From Bacteroidia bacterium (GTDB lineage Bacteria > Bacteroidota > Bacteroidia > UKL13-3): DNA of 64,000 nt. The stretch covers positions 54,462-118,461 of the forward strand of contig JBILBF010000001.1 in assembly GCA_044353855.1 (NCBI GenBank), written 5' to 3'. The position numbers and the translations under genes are program-made. Under the pieces are notes generated by a model, which was given only the letters and a program-made list of their open reading frames with translations, made no database searches and was not told the DNA's origin. Shown here piece after piece: positions 26,146-36,096 of this stretch (its first letter is position 1; each line of letters opens with the position of its first letter).

Positions 26146-27987
26146 ATGTGCGGAATAGTTGCATACATTGGCCACAGAGAAGCTTATCCAATTGTGGTAA
26201 AAGGACTCAAAAGACTCGAATACCGTGGATACGACAGTGCAGGTGTAGTATTGTTAAATGACAAAAAAGAATTTTTACTGTACAAGAAAAGCGGTAAAGT
26301 TTCTGATTTAGAATCTACCGTTGGTACACAAGATACCCATGCACATACTGGCATGGGACATACACGTTGGGCAACACATGGAGCTCCCAATGACATAAAT
26401 GCCCATCCACATTTATCTCAAAATGGCGAATTTGCTATTATTCATAATGGTATAATTGAAAATTATGCATCGCTCAAAAGAGCATTAGTTGATAGAGGCC
26501 ACGTTTTTAAAAGTGAAACCGATACAGAAGTCTTAATTCACCTGATTGAAGAGATTGCCAAAAACAATGCAGTAGGTTTTGAAGAATCTGTAAGAATGGC
26601 TTTAACCCAAGTTGTAGGTGCGTATGCCATTGTTATTTTATCCAACAAAGAACCCAATTATTTGATTGGTGCTCGCAAAGGAAGCCCAATGGTTATTGGT
26701 GTTGGCGAAGGCGAACATTTTATTGCTAGTGATGCCACTCCAATAGTGGAATATACACGCAATGTTATTTACCTTAATGATGGTGAAATAGCTATTATAG
26801 ACAATCAAAAACTAACGGTAAAAACAATTGACAATACAATTAAAACGCCTTATGTACAAGAACTCGAAATTAATTTGGAGAGCATTGAAAAAGGCGGTTT
26901 TGAGCATTTTATGATGAAAGAAATTTTTGAGCAACCTCGCTCCATTCTCGATTCATTTAGAGGACGTATTCATATAAACGAAGCAACCATTACCATGGCT
27001 GGATTGGATATGTTTGAAGATAAACTAAAAAACATTAAACGAATTATAATAGTAGGCTGTGGTACAAGTTGGCATGCTGGCTTGGTAGGCGAATATTTAT
27101 TTGAAGACTTTGCCCGCATCCCTGTTGAAGTAGAATATGCATCAGAGTTTAGGTACCGCAACCCTATAATTGATGAGTCTGATTTTGTAATTGCCATTTC
27201 ACAAAGTGGCGAAACAGCTGATACTTTAGCAGCACTTGAACTGGCTAAAAGTAAAGGTGCTACCATTTTTGGAATTTGTAATGTTGTGGGCTCATCTATT
27301 CCTCGGATGACGGATGCTGGAGCTTATACACATGCTGGACCCGAAATAGGCGTTGCATCTACCAAAGCTTTTACAGCACAGGTTACTGCACTCACGTTAA
27401 TGGCACTTTCTGTAGCCAAAATAAGAGGAACTATTAGCAACCAAAGACTACGTGAAATATTAACTGAACTAGAAACTATTCCTTCAAAAGTTGAAAAAAC
27501 TTTGGAATCTAACGAATACATTAAAACCATAGCTGCACAAATTAAAGATACCCGCAATGCCTTATACTTAGGCCGTGGATATGGTTTCCCAATTGCATTA
27601 GAAGGGGCGTTAAAATTGAAAGAAATTTCGTACATCCATGCCGAAGGGTATCCAGCAGCTGAAATGAAACACGGGCCTATTGCACTGATAGATGAAGAAA
27701 TGCCTGTAATTGTAATTGCCACGCAACATAGCAATTACGAAAAAGTAATTAGCAATATACAAGAAGTGCGTGCACGTAAAGGGAAGGTAATTGCGATAGC
27801 TACAAAAGGTGATGAGCATATTAAAGAACAAGCTGACCACGTAATTTATATACCTAAATGCGAAGAGTCCATGTTGCCTTTATTGGCAACCATACCGTTG
27901 CAATTATTATCCTATCATATTGCGGTAATGCGTGAATGTAACGTAGATCAACCACGTAACTTAGCGAAGTCTGTTACGGTGGAATAA
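26146..27987 (+). CDS. glmS: Glutamine--fructose-6-phosphate aminotransferase (isomerising)
   Basis: N-terminal MCGIVAYIG (Ntn Cys2), two SIS domains and C-terminal ...VTVE. Confidence 0.95.
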   Translation: MCGIVAYIGHREAYPIVVKGLKRLEYRGYDSAGVVLLNDKKEFLLYKKSGKVSDLESTVGTQDTHAHTGMGHTRWATHGAPNDINAHPHLSQNGEFAIIHNGIIENYASLKRALVDRGHVFKSETDTEVLIHLIEEIAKNNAVGFEESVRMALTQVVGAYAIVILSNKEPNYLIGARKGSPMVIGVGEGEHFIASDATPIVEYTRNVIYLNDGEIAIIDNQKLTVKTIDNTIKTPYVQELEINLESIEKGGFEHFMMKEIFEQPRSILDSFRGRIHINEATITMAGLDMFEDKLKNIKRIIIVGCGTSWHAGLVGEYLFEDFARIPVEVEYASEFRYRNPIIDESDFVIAISQSGETADTLAALELAKSKGATIFGICNVVGSSIPRMTDAGAYTHAGPEIGVASTKAFTAQVTALTLMALSVAKIRGTISNQRLREILTELETIPSKVEKTLESNEYIKTIAAQIKDTRNALYLGRGYGFPIALEGALKLKEISYIHAEGYPAAEMKHGPIALIDEEMPVIVIATQHSNYEKVISNIQEVRARKGKVIAIATKGDEHIKEQADHVIYIPKCEESMLPLLATIPLQLLSYHIAVMRECNVDQPRNLAKSVTVE

Positions 27988-28016
27988 AGTTATTCATTAT
28001 TGAATTCTTTATATAT

Positions 28017-28057
28017 AAAAAAATGCCATCTTGCACGTTAGTGAGATGGCATTTTTA
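28017..28057. terminator. Bidirectional rho-independent terminator between glmS (+) and the convergent small gene (-)
   Basis: AAAAAAA ATGCCATCT tgcacgttagtg AGATGGCAT TTTTT: a 9-bp stem with an A-run on one side and a T-run on the other. Confidence 0.75.
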
Positions 28058-28082
28058 GTATGTATCAAAGCCTTATTATTAC

Positions 28083-28385
28083 CTAATCAATATTCACACT
28101 GTAAATAGCGTGCATAGGCACAAACGTTTTGCCCTCAAGTGCAATCCCGCTTGCGTTCATTCCAATAATTTTGGTATTCAGCGCTCTAAAACCTTTGGAA
28201 GTATTTATAACTAATAATGTTTTCACCAATATACTACCCGATAGTGTTACTGCTTTTTCCAACGAAACATATCGAACCCTCATATCTTCTGAGCGAGTGT
28301 ATATTTCATCAGTTGCAAACTGATAAGTTGAAAGCTCACTTTCGGCAATTTGTTGTATGTCTCTTAAATTTAATGCTGTATCCAT
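28083..28385 (-). CDS. Hypothetical 100-aa cytoplasmic protein
   Basis: Longest ORF in this interval; it covers two shorter plus-strand ORFs. No signal peptide. Weak Sm/Hfq-like pattern in the C-terminal half (ILVKTLLVIN ... HAIYSVNI); this is speculative. The copy-B repeat element lies immediately upstream. Confidence 0.35.
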   Translation of the reverse strand: MDTALNLRDIQQIAESELSTYQFATDEIYTRSEDMRVRYVSLEKAVTLSGSILVKTLLVINTSKGFRALNTKIIGMNASGIALEGKTFVPMHAIYSVNID

Positions 28386-28398
28386 TTCCTACTTTTTT

Positions 28399-28533
28399 AG
28401 CCGCAGATTGCAACTAATTTTTATCTAAGTCGTGTGAGAGTATAGCCACAAATTAACACAAAAAACTATTTTAGCCTTCAGTGCCCATTTCACTGAATTC
28501 AAGTCTTAAATTAATCTGTGCTAATCTGTGGCA
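28399..28533. repeat. Copy B of the dispersed intergenic element (AGCCGCAGATT ... AGTCTTAAATTAATCTGTGCTAATCTGTGGCA)
   Basis: Left end is at 28399-28409 and right end at 28502-28533. AATCTGTG half-sites repeat in tandem with 11-bp period. Same end architecture as copy A at 359-485. Confidence 0.6.
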
Positions 28534-28548
28534 AATTATATTTAGGTT

Positions 28549-29154
28549 TTACAATGCTGCTTCGAATCTGCGGCTTACTTCGTCCCAGTTTACTATATTC
28601 CAAAATGCAGTACAATAATCTGGTCTACGGTTTTGGTAATGTAAATAATAAGCATGTTCCCAAACATCCAAACCTAAAATAGGTGTTCCATTACAATCCG
28701 TAACTACATCCATCAACGGATTATCTTGATTGGGTGTAGAGCAAATTTTTAGTTTACCATTCTCCACACATAACCAAGCCCAACCTGAACCAAAACGAGT
28801 TGCAGCAGCTTTGTTAAAATCTTCTTTTAGTTTATCCATTCCAACTAAGTCGGCAGTAATAGCAGCTTCAAGTTTTGCAGATGGTTTGCTGGGTGTACCA
28901 CTCAATATAGTCCAAAATAAAGAATGGTTAAAATGACCACCACCATTGTTGCGAACAGCAGCGGGATACTTGCTTATATTTTTGCAAATATCTTCAATCG
29001 ATACATTTTCAGCATCCGTTCCTGCAATAGCATTGTTTAAATTGGTAACATATGCGTTGTGGTGTTTGCTGTGGTGAATTTCCATTGTGCGAGCATCAAT
29101 ATGTGGCTCAAGCGCAGTGTATGCGTAGGGTAATTTAGGTAGTTCGAATGCCAT
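28549..29154 (-). CDS. sodA: Superoxide dismutase (Fe/Mn family)
   Basis: [25 protein letters not shown] and the DVWEHAYY metal-ligand motifs. Confidence 0.95.
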   Translation of the reverse strand: MAFELPKLPYAYTALEPHIDARTMEIHHSKHHNAYVTNLNNAIAGTDAENVSIEDICKNISKYPAAVRNNGGGHFNHSLFWTILSGTPSKPSAKLEAAITADLVGMDKLKEDFNKAAATRFGSGWAWLCVENGKLKICSTPNQDNPLMDVVTDCNGTPILGLDVWEHAYYLHYQNRRPDYCTAFWNIVNWDEVSRRFEAAL

Positions 29155-29358
29155 AATGTTATTGTGTTATTGAGTTTATAAGATATTAAAATTACTCGTT
29201 ATTTTTGGCTGTTGTATAAAACAGCTTTGTTAAAAACGAATAGCGAATATAGTTGAATTCTTGTTTTTAACACTTAGTTAGCTATTAAGTTTATATCATT
29301 CTTTTTAGGGTTTTGAGAATTGAATTCTTTGTGTAATTTCCCTAAAAATTATACAATT

Positions 29359-29898
29359 ATGTTAAAAGGATTTTCGTTGCCACTCATCATATTGGGACTT
29401 GTACTTTTTTTATTTGGCTTTATAGCCGTAACAGCTCCCAATATGACACCCAATACGCTCATGTTTTACCTTGCTTATATGCTACTTGCTGTGGGCGGTG
29501 TATCAGGTGGTGTAGGCATTATTATTCGCAAAAGCAATAAAAACTGGTTTGTAAGTGTATTGATGGGGTTGGCATTTTTAACCCTTGGCATTACTATTAT
29601 TGTAAATGATGGAATAGCAGCAACCTTTTTTACACAATTTATTGCAGCATGGGCGGCATTAATGGGTCTTTCACTTATTGCCTCTTCCTTTTTTCAAAAA
29701 CAACTTCGAATAATACTTGTCGTAAATGGGTTGATGTCGTTAGGTTTTGGTATTGTCATTTACCTCAATCCTTTTTCAGGTTCTACCTTAAATTTTATGA
29801 TAGGATTTTACACCATTTTACTGAGTATTATGGTACTTTATTTAGCCTTTAGATTTGCCAGAGGAAGTAAGAAAAAAGTAGTTACCGAAGCTGTTTAA
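29359..29898 (+). CDS. HdeD/DUF308-like small multi-pass membrane protein
   Basis: Five or six TM helices with Gly-rich pairs. The ORF track starts at 29320, but the MLKG start at 29359 is more plausible. Convergent 17-bp overlap with tadA. Confidence 0.4.
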   Translation: MLKGFSLPLIILGLVLFLFGFIAVTAPNMTPNTLMFYLAYMLLAVGGVSGGVGIIIRKSNKNWFVSVLMGLAFLTLGITIIVNDGIAATFFTQFIAAWAALMGLSLIASSFFQKQLRIILVVNGLMSLGFGIVIYLNPFSGSTLNFMIGFYTILLSIMVLYLAFRFARGSKKKVVTEAV

Positions 29899-30322
29899 AA
29901 AATTCTCTTACCAATAAAGAACATTCATCGGCTAATATTCCATGTACAATTTCTGTTTTGGGATGCAGCGAATTTCCGGCTTGCTGATACCCTCTTTTTT
30001 CATCGGTAGCACCAAATACTACTTTGCTTATTTGGCTCCAAAACAATGCCCCACCACACATAATGCAAGGTTCCAACGTTACATACAAAGTACAATCAAT
30101 TAAATATTTTGCCCCCAAATAATTAGCAGCTGCAGTTATTGCTTGCATTTCGGCATGTGCTGTTACATCATTTAACCGTTCGGTTAGGTTATATCCTTTG
30201 CCTATAATCTGATTATTGCATACCACAATTGCTCCTACAGGAACTTCGCCTTCCTCGAAAGCTTTTTGGGCTTCAACAAGAGCCAACTTCATAAAATATT
30301 CGTGTGAAAACAATTCGGCCAT
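29882..30322 (-). CDS. tadA: tRNA-specific adenosine deaminase
   Basis: CMP/dCMP deaminase zinc motifs HAEMQAI and PCIMCGGAL. Confidence 0.9.
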   Translation of the reverse strand: MAELFSHEYFMKLALVEAQKAFEEGEVPVGAIVVCNNQIIGKGYNLTERLNDVTAHAEMQAITAAANYLGAKYLIDCTLYVTLEPCIMCGGALFWSQISKVVFGATDEKRGYQQAGNSLHPKTEIVHGILADECSLLVREFFKQLR

Positions 30323-30452
30323 ACTTTTATTTGGTAACGCAACTTACATATTTAGCTGTAAAAAGATAGGTCTATTAAAATAAAAAAAAGAATATTTACC
30401 ATCATAAATGGGCAGTTTGCTTATTTTAGCACCCCAATTTATACAAACGAAT

Positions 30453-32204
30453 ATGCTACGAACACATACTTGCGGAGAATTAACGATATCAGATGTAAAC
30501 AAAACCACAACGTTATGTGGATGGGTGCAAAAAAGTCGTGATTTGGGAGGAATGACCTTTATTGATTTGCGCGATAGGTATGGCATTACCCAGCTTGCAT
30601 TTAATATGGAAACAAATGCTTCCCTTTGTGAACAAGCTCGAAAATGCGGACGTGAGTTTGTATTGCAAGTAACAGGGAAAGTAATTGAGCGCAGCAGCAA
30701 AAATAATAATATAGCAACAGGTGAAATTGAAATTGAGGTAACATCAATTACCATTTTAAACCAAGCCCTCACTCCTCCATTTACAATAGAAGAAAACACA
30801 GATGGTGGTGATGATATTCGCATGAAGTATCGTTATTTGGATTTGCGAAGAGCCACTGTTCGCGCAAATTTACAATTACGCCATAAAGTAGCACAACAAA
30901 CCCGTGCGTTTTTAGATGCGCAAGAATTTATTGAAGTTGAAACACCCGTTTTAATTAAATCAACACCCGAAGGAGCACGTGATTTTGTGGTTCCAAGTCG
31001 TATGAATCCCGGTGAGTTTTATGCTCTGCCACAATCACCACAAACATTTAAACAACTATTGATGATTAGTGGATTTGATCGTTACTATCAAATTGTAAAA
31101 TGTTTTAGAGATGAAGATTTGCGTGCCGATAGACAACCTGAATTTACACAAATAGATTGCGAAATGAGTTTTGTGGAGCAAGAAGATATTTTAAACATGT
31201 TCGAAGCTCTGGTGAAACACCTCTTTAAGCAAGTTAAAGGAATAGATATTGAAAATTTACCGCGCATGACGTATGCCGATGCCATGAGATATTATGGCAA
31301 CGACAAGCCCGATACCCGTTTTGAAATGAAATTTGTGGAAGTAAACAATATAGTAAAAGGCAAAAATTTTCCTGTGTTTGATGCAGCAGAATTGGTTGTT
31401 GGTATTTGTGCGAAAGGATGTGCCGAATTCACTCGTAAACAATTGGATGAATTAACAGACTTTGTAAAACGCCCCCAAATTGGCGCTACAGGTTTGGTAT
31501 ATGCTAGAGTAAATGCGGATGGTACAATCAAATCATCAGTAGATAAATTTTATGATGAAGCAGCTTTAAAACAATGGGCAGAAACTTTTACTGCACAGCC
31601 TGGAGATTTGATTTTATTACTTGCAGGGCAAGCAGATAAAACACGCAAAGCATTAAGTGAATTGCGCTTGGAAATGGGATCTCGTATGGGCTTACGCGAT
31701 AAAAATACCTTCTCGTGTTTATGGGTTATTGATTTTCCATTGTTAGAGTTTAATGAAGAAGAGAACCGTCATTTTGCCATGCATCATCCATTTACTTCGC
31801 CAAAGCCAGAAGATATTGGATTGTTAGACGATACTAAAACACTTGGAAACATTAGAGCAAATGCTTACGATATGGTAATTAATGGTGTAGAAGTTGGTGG
31901 TGGAAGCGTTCGTATTTTTAACAAAGAATTACAAGCTCGCATGTTTGAAGTACTTGGATTTACCAAAGAGGAAGCACTACACCAATTTGGTTTTTTGATG
32001 AATGCATTTGAATATGGTGCACCACCACACGCAGGTATTGCTTTTGGTTTTGATCGATTGTGTTCACTATTTGGTGGAGTAGATTCTATCAGAGATTTTA
32101 TCGCTTTCCCCAAAAATAATAGTGGCCGTGATGTGATGATTGATGCGCCAAGTAGCATAGATGAAAAACAACTAAAAGAACTCAGTATTAAACTGAACGT
32201 TTAG
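30453..32204 (+). CDS. aspS: Aspartate--tRNA ligase
   Basis: [10 protein letters not shown] start (the ORF track gives 30408). N-terminal OB anticodon-binding domain, class II motifs, GGGSVRI and FGFDRL. Confidence 0.95.
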   Translation: MLRTHTCGELTISDVNKTTTLCGWVQKSRDLGGMTFIDLRDRYGITQLAFNMETNASLCEQARKCGREFVLQVTGKVIERSSKNNNIATGEIEIEVTSITILNQALTPPFTIEENTDGGDDIRMKYRYLDLRRATVRANLQLRHKVAQQTRAFLDAQEFIEVETPVLIKSTPEGARDFVVPSRMNPGEFYALPQSPQTFKQLLMISGFDRYYQIVKCFRDEDLRADRQPEFTQIDCEMSFVEQEDILNMFEALVKHLFKQVKGIDIENLPRMTYADAMRYYGNDKPDTRFEMKFVEVNNIVKGKNFPVFDAAELVVGICAKGCAEFTRKQLDELTDFVKRPQIGATGLVYARVNADGTIKSSVDKFYDEAALKQWAETFTAQPGDLILLLAGQADKTRKALSELRLEMGSRMGLRDKNTFSCLWVIDFPLLEFNEEENRHFAMHHPFTSPKPEDIGLLDDTKTLGNIRANAYDMVINGVEVGGGSVRIFNKELQARMFEVLGFTKEEALHQFGFLMNAFEYGAPPHAGIAFGFDRLCSLFGGVDSIRDFIAFPKNNSGRDVMIDAPSSIDEKQLKELSIKLNV

Positions 32205-32403
32205 TTGAATTCCAATTTATATTATTATTTATTTAATCCTAAACAACAGTTTTGGAGATAGGAATTTTAGCGTTGCTTTAAAAAGAATAATTTAGGTGTG
32301 CTCATTTGTTGATTTTGTGTTGTTGATATCCACATTTGGACTATATAAATACATTAGAAATTCTATTAGGTTTACTAAACTTGAATACTAATTTATTGAT
32401 TAA

Positions 32404-33837
32404 ATGGCACTGAGTAGATTTTGGTCTTATATTATTGTATGCAGCATTGTATACATTTTATTAATGTTAGGTACTGGCAAACTATACACCTTAGGGAGCT
32501 TAGTAAATGGCAAACAAAACGACCCAACTGTTATTGGCGAAATAGAACTTAACACTCTTGCTCAATCGGATACTGCTTTGTATTCGGCTTTAGTGGCTAA
32601 CAAAATTGCAGCAAGTGCAACTAACAACTCTTCCTACCATTTAATGGATAATGGTATTGTGCAAATATGCAGTGGCAAACAAGCTGCTGATGGCATTTTC
32701 CCTACGTGTAAAAATACAATCATGGATATATGGTTACCACTTATTGGTTACCTTACTTTTTTCTGTGGATTACTCAATTTACTAAATGATTCGGATGCTA
32801 TTTCAAAACTAGCAAGAGTGCTTTCGCCTTTTTTTATGCGCGTTTTCCCAGAGTTGCCCAAAGGTCATCCTGCTTATGGTTTTATGACGATGAACTTTGC
32901 TGCTAACTTTTTAGGATTGGATAATGCCGCAACGCCTTTTGGCCTCAAAGCCATGGAAAGCTTACAAGAATCAAACAATGATAAAGACAAAGCAAGCAAT
33001 AGTCAGATAATGTTTTTGTGTTTGCACGCAGCAGGATTAACCTTAATACCAACATCCATTATAGGCTATCGTGCGGCACAAAATGCAACCAACCCGGCTG
33101 ATATTATGCTCCCTTGTATCATCACATCATTTATAGGAACATTGGCAGCATTACTATTTGTGAGTATTAAACAGCGCATTAATTTGATAAACATGGTTGT
33201 TATTGGATTTGTGACCGGAGTAAGTGCAATTGTTGGCTTTTTACTGTATTACGTAAACAAGTTAAATGGTATTGAAAAATTTCATTTTACAGGCAACTTG
33301 AGCAATGGGGTATTGTTGTTTATTATTTTATTGATTGTGGCTTATAGTATTTGGTCAGAGAAAATATTCAAACAAAACCAAACCAATATTTTCGATTCGT
33401 TTGTAAATGGTGCAAAAGATGGATTTACAACAGGGGTTCGCGTATTGCCATATATGATTGCCATGCTTGTTGCATTAAGCATTTTTCGCAATTCTGATTT
33501 GATGCTAATTATTATGAATGGCTTATCGGCAGTATTAACAATTTTTGGTGTGGATCCACAAATTATTCAGGCCATTCCAGTTGCTATTATGCGCCCATTT
33601 AGTGCGGGAGGTTCAAGAGGCTTTATGTTAGATGCGATGAAAACATATGGTCCCGATAGCCTTGCCGGCCAGCTTTCATGTTTGTTTCAGGGAGCTGCCG
33701 AAACTACTTTTTATGTGATTGCATTATACTTTGGCTCTGTAAACATCAAAGAAACACGCTACACTTTGGGCATTATGCTGTTGGTAGATTTGGTGTGTGT
33801 GCTAACAGCTATTTTTGTGTGTAAGATTTATTTTTAA
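32404..33837 (+). CDS. Nucleoside-recognition-domain membrane protein (fused SpmA/SpmB-like)
   Basis: Polytopic membrane protein with duplicated Gate-like halves. Assignment by overall resemblance, no catalytic motif. Confidence 0.5.
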   Translation: MALSRFWSYIIVCSIVYILLMLGTGKLYTLGSLVNGKQNDPTVIGEIELNTLAQSDTALYSALVANKIAASATNNSSYHLMDNGIVQICSGKQAADGIFPTCKNTIMDIWLPLIGYLTFFCGLLNLLNDSDAISKLARVLSPFFMRVFPELPKGHPAYGFMTMNFAANFLGLDNAATPFGLKAMESLQESNNDKDKASNSQIMFLCLHAAGLTLIPTSIIGYRAAQNATNPADIMLPCIITSFIGTLAALLFVSIKQRINLINMVVIGFVTGVSAIVGFLLYYVNKLNGIEKFHFTGNLSNGVLLFIILLIVAYSIWSEKIFKQNQTNIFDSFVNGAKDGFTTGVRVLPYMIAMLVALSIFRNSDLMLIIMNGLSAVLTIFGVDPQIIQAIPVAIMRPFSAGGSRGFMLDAMKTYGPDSLAGQLSCLFQGAAETTFYVIALYFGSVNIKETRYTLGIMLLVDLVCVLTAIFVCKIYF

Positions 33838-34030
33838 CATTGTACTTATCCGCTTAAACCGGCCATTCAAAACCAATTCAACTATATGGATATCAATCGG
33901 TTTCATTTACTTGTTGAAAAAATAAATCTCCTTGTAGCAAAATCTTAACAAGTAGTGTAAAACAAATTGATTTTTCTGATAATTTTGCGTTTAGGATTCT
34001 AGCAAAACAAACAATTAAAATATATATACT

Positions 34031-34402
34031 ATGGCACTCGACATCGAAGGAAAAATTATTCAAATTATGCCAGCTACCTCAGGCATGAGCAAGGCAGGAA
34101 AAGAATGGACCAAACAAGAATTTGTAATTGAAACAAAAGACCAATACCCTAAAAAAGTAATGATGAGCGTAATGGGCGAAAAGGTAAACGAACTCAAAAA
34201 ATTTGCAGTTGGTAATGATGTAAAAGCAGCATTAAACATTGAATCACGCGAATACAATGGCCGTTGGTACACAGATATCCGCGCTTGGAAAATTGATGGA
34301 AATGCAAACGGTGGAAGCCCATCAACTGATGCAGATCCTTTTCATCCAGATAACGAACCTAGCTTTAGTGGCGATACATCAACAGATGATTTGCCGTTTT
34401 AA
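34031..34402 (+). CDS. DUF3127-family small protein (OB-fold-like)
   Basis: MALDIEGKIIQIMPATSG...KEWTKQEFVIETKDQYPKKV is characteristic of the Bacteroidetes DUF3127 family. Acidic, disordered C-terminal tail. Confidence 0.6.
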   Translation: MALDIEGKIIQIMPATSGMSKAGKEWTKQEFVIETKDQYPKKVMMSVMGEKVNELKKFAVGNDVKAALNIESREYNGRWYTDIRAWKIDGNANGGSPSTDADPFHPDNEPSFSGDTSTDDLPF

Positions 34403-34413
34403 TTAACACATTG

Positions 34414-34446
34414 TAAAAGCGCTCACAAAGCGCTTTTATTTTTAGC
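34414..34446 (+). terminator. Rho-independent terminator after the DUF3127 gene
   Basis: AAAGCGCT cacaa AGCGCTTT tatttttag. Confidence 0.75.
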
Positions 34447-34481
34447 TATCTTTTAGTTCACTTGTTTTTGTTGGTACTTTT

Positions 34482-35948
34482 ATGATTAACCACAACTTAA
34501 AAATATACAATACCCTAACGCGCGAAACAGAACGGTTTACGCCATTGCATACAGGGCATGTTGGTATGTATGTATGCGGGCCTACAGTATATAGCAATGC
34601 TCATTTGGGAAATGCCCGCACGTTTATGTCGTTTGATATCATTTTTCGATACCTCACACATTTGGGATATAAAGTTAGGTATGTGCGCAATATTACCGAT
34701 GCAGGGCATTTGGAAAGTGATGCAGATGAAGGTGAAGACAAGATTTCGAAAAAGGCAAAGTTAGAACAACTAGAGCCAATGGAAATTGTGCAACGTTACA
34801 CTATTGACTTTCATGATATGATGCAATCGTTTAATGCATTGCCTCCTAGCATTGAACCAACAGCAACTGGTCATATAATTGAGCAAATAGAAATGACCAA
34901 ACAAATTATAGCCAATGGTTATGGGTATGAAGCGGGTGGTTCTATTTATTTTGATGTAGAGAAATTTTCGAAAGAATATAATTACACCATACTAACCGGC
35001 CGCAAACTTGAAGACTTAATGAATGGCACGCGCGAATTAGGTGGGCAGGATGAAAAACGTGGACGGTTAGATTTTGCATTGTGGATTAAAGCAAAACCAG
35101 AACACTTGATGAAATGGACAAGCCCTTGGGGAGAAGGATTCCCTGGCTGGCATTTGGAATGCTCGGCCATGAGTAGTAAATATTTAGGCGAACAATTTGA
35201 CATACATGGTGGCGGAATGGACCTTGCTCCTACACACCATACCAACGAAATTGCTCAGAACATTGCATGCTCGCATAAAACGCCTGCTCGTTATTGGATA
35301 CACACGAATATGCTTACTGTTAATGGGCAAAAAATGAGTAAAAGTTTGGGCAATTCTTTTTTACCTCACGAATTGTTTACTGGCAATCATCCTTTATTGG
35401 ATAAAGGCTACAGCTCAATGACTGTTCGCTTTTTTGTTTTGCAAGCACATTACCGCAGCACACTCGATTTTGGTAATGAAGCATTGCAGGCTGCCGAAAA
35501 AGGTTTTGCACGATTGATGAATGCGATGAAACTGATGGATGGTTTAAAAACAACTACTGCATCTTCATCAAATATTCAGCAATTGTCAGATAAATTGTAT
35601 GCCGCACTAGATGATGATTTTAATACACCCATTGCCTTATCGCATTTGTTTGAAGGAGTTAGGATTATAAATAGTGTAAACGATGGTAAGGAAACTATTT
35701 CGCTTGATGATAAAATAGCACTCATTAAATTAATGAACAATTTTGTTTTTGATATACTTGGGTTAAAAGAAGAGAATGCTGTAAACACGGATAAAATTGA
35801 TGGTTTAATGAACATGATTTTGGAGGTACGCAATGAATCAAAAGCTAAAAAAGATTTTGCAACCAGCGATTTAATTCGTGATAAGTTAAAAGAAATTGGG
35901 TTTGAGATAAAGGACGGAAAGGAAGGAACTTCGTATACTCTTTCATAG
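34482..35948 (+). CDS. cysS: Cysteine--tRNA ligase
   Basis: HIGH motif (HLGNAR), KMSKS (KMSKSLGN) and zinc-binding Cys residues. Confidence 0.95.
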   Translation: MINHNLKIYNTLTRETERFTPLHTGHVGMYVCGPTVYSNAHLGNARTFMSFDIIFRYLTHLGYKVRYVRNITDAGHLESDADEGEDKISKKAKLEQLEPMEIVQRYTIDFHDMMQSFNALPPSIEPTATGHIIEQIEMTKQIIANGYGYEAGGSIYFDVEKFSKEYNYTILTGRKLEDLMNGTRELGGQDEKRGRLDFALWIKAKPEHLMKWTSPWGEGFPGWHLECSAMSSKYLGEQFDIHGGGMDLAPTHHTNEIAQNIACSHKTPARYWIHTNMLTVNGQKMSKSLGNSFLPHELFTGNHPLLDKGYSSMTVRFFVLQAHYRSTLDFGNEALQAAEKGFARLMNAMKLMDGLKTTTASSSNIQQLSDKLYAALDDDFNTPIALSHLFEGVRIINSVNDGKETISLDDKIALIKLMNNFVFDILGLKEENAVNTDKIDGLMNMILEVRNESKAKKDFATSDLIRDKLKEIGFEIKDGKEGTSYTLS

Positions 35949-36013
35949 AAAATACGGAGTTTGAAATGAGTAAAAATGCGTAATGTTTAATGCAATACGT
36001 TCATCTATTTAAT

Positions 36014-36084
36014 CTCGAATTTCGAAATAAATGTAAAACGAAAAAACAATCACTTTTCGAATTTCGTTATTCGGATTTCGAATT
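36014..36084. promoter_or_regulatory. Array of TCGAATTTCGA motifs upstream of the M28/QC gene
   Basis: Units at 36014-36027, 36056-36065 and 36070-36084. Spacing between unit starts is 42 and 21 bp. The array ends 12 nt before the ATG. Confidence 0.45.
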
Positions 36085-36096
36085 TATTTTACTGAT

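Noticed and set aside
28129-28417. Plus-strand ORFs of 64 and 66 aa overlapping the minus-strand 100-aa gene
   Set aside because: They are shorter and mutually overlapping. The minus-strand ORF is longer, is followed by a terminator and has the repeat element as its upstream region. None of the three is strongly supported.
28562-28571. A third AATCTGCGGC copy inside the sodA 3' coding end, which completes a perfect inverted repeat with GCCGCAGATT at 28400
   Set aside because: It is only 10 bp and lies within a conserved coding region (...RRFEAAL). Treated as coincidence unless a genome-wide search shows otherwise.
29882-29898. 17-bp convergent overlap of the HdeD-like gene and tadA
   Set aside because: Ordinary convergent overlap, with no signal beyond shared 3' ends.
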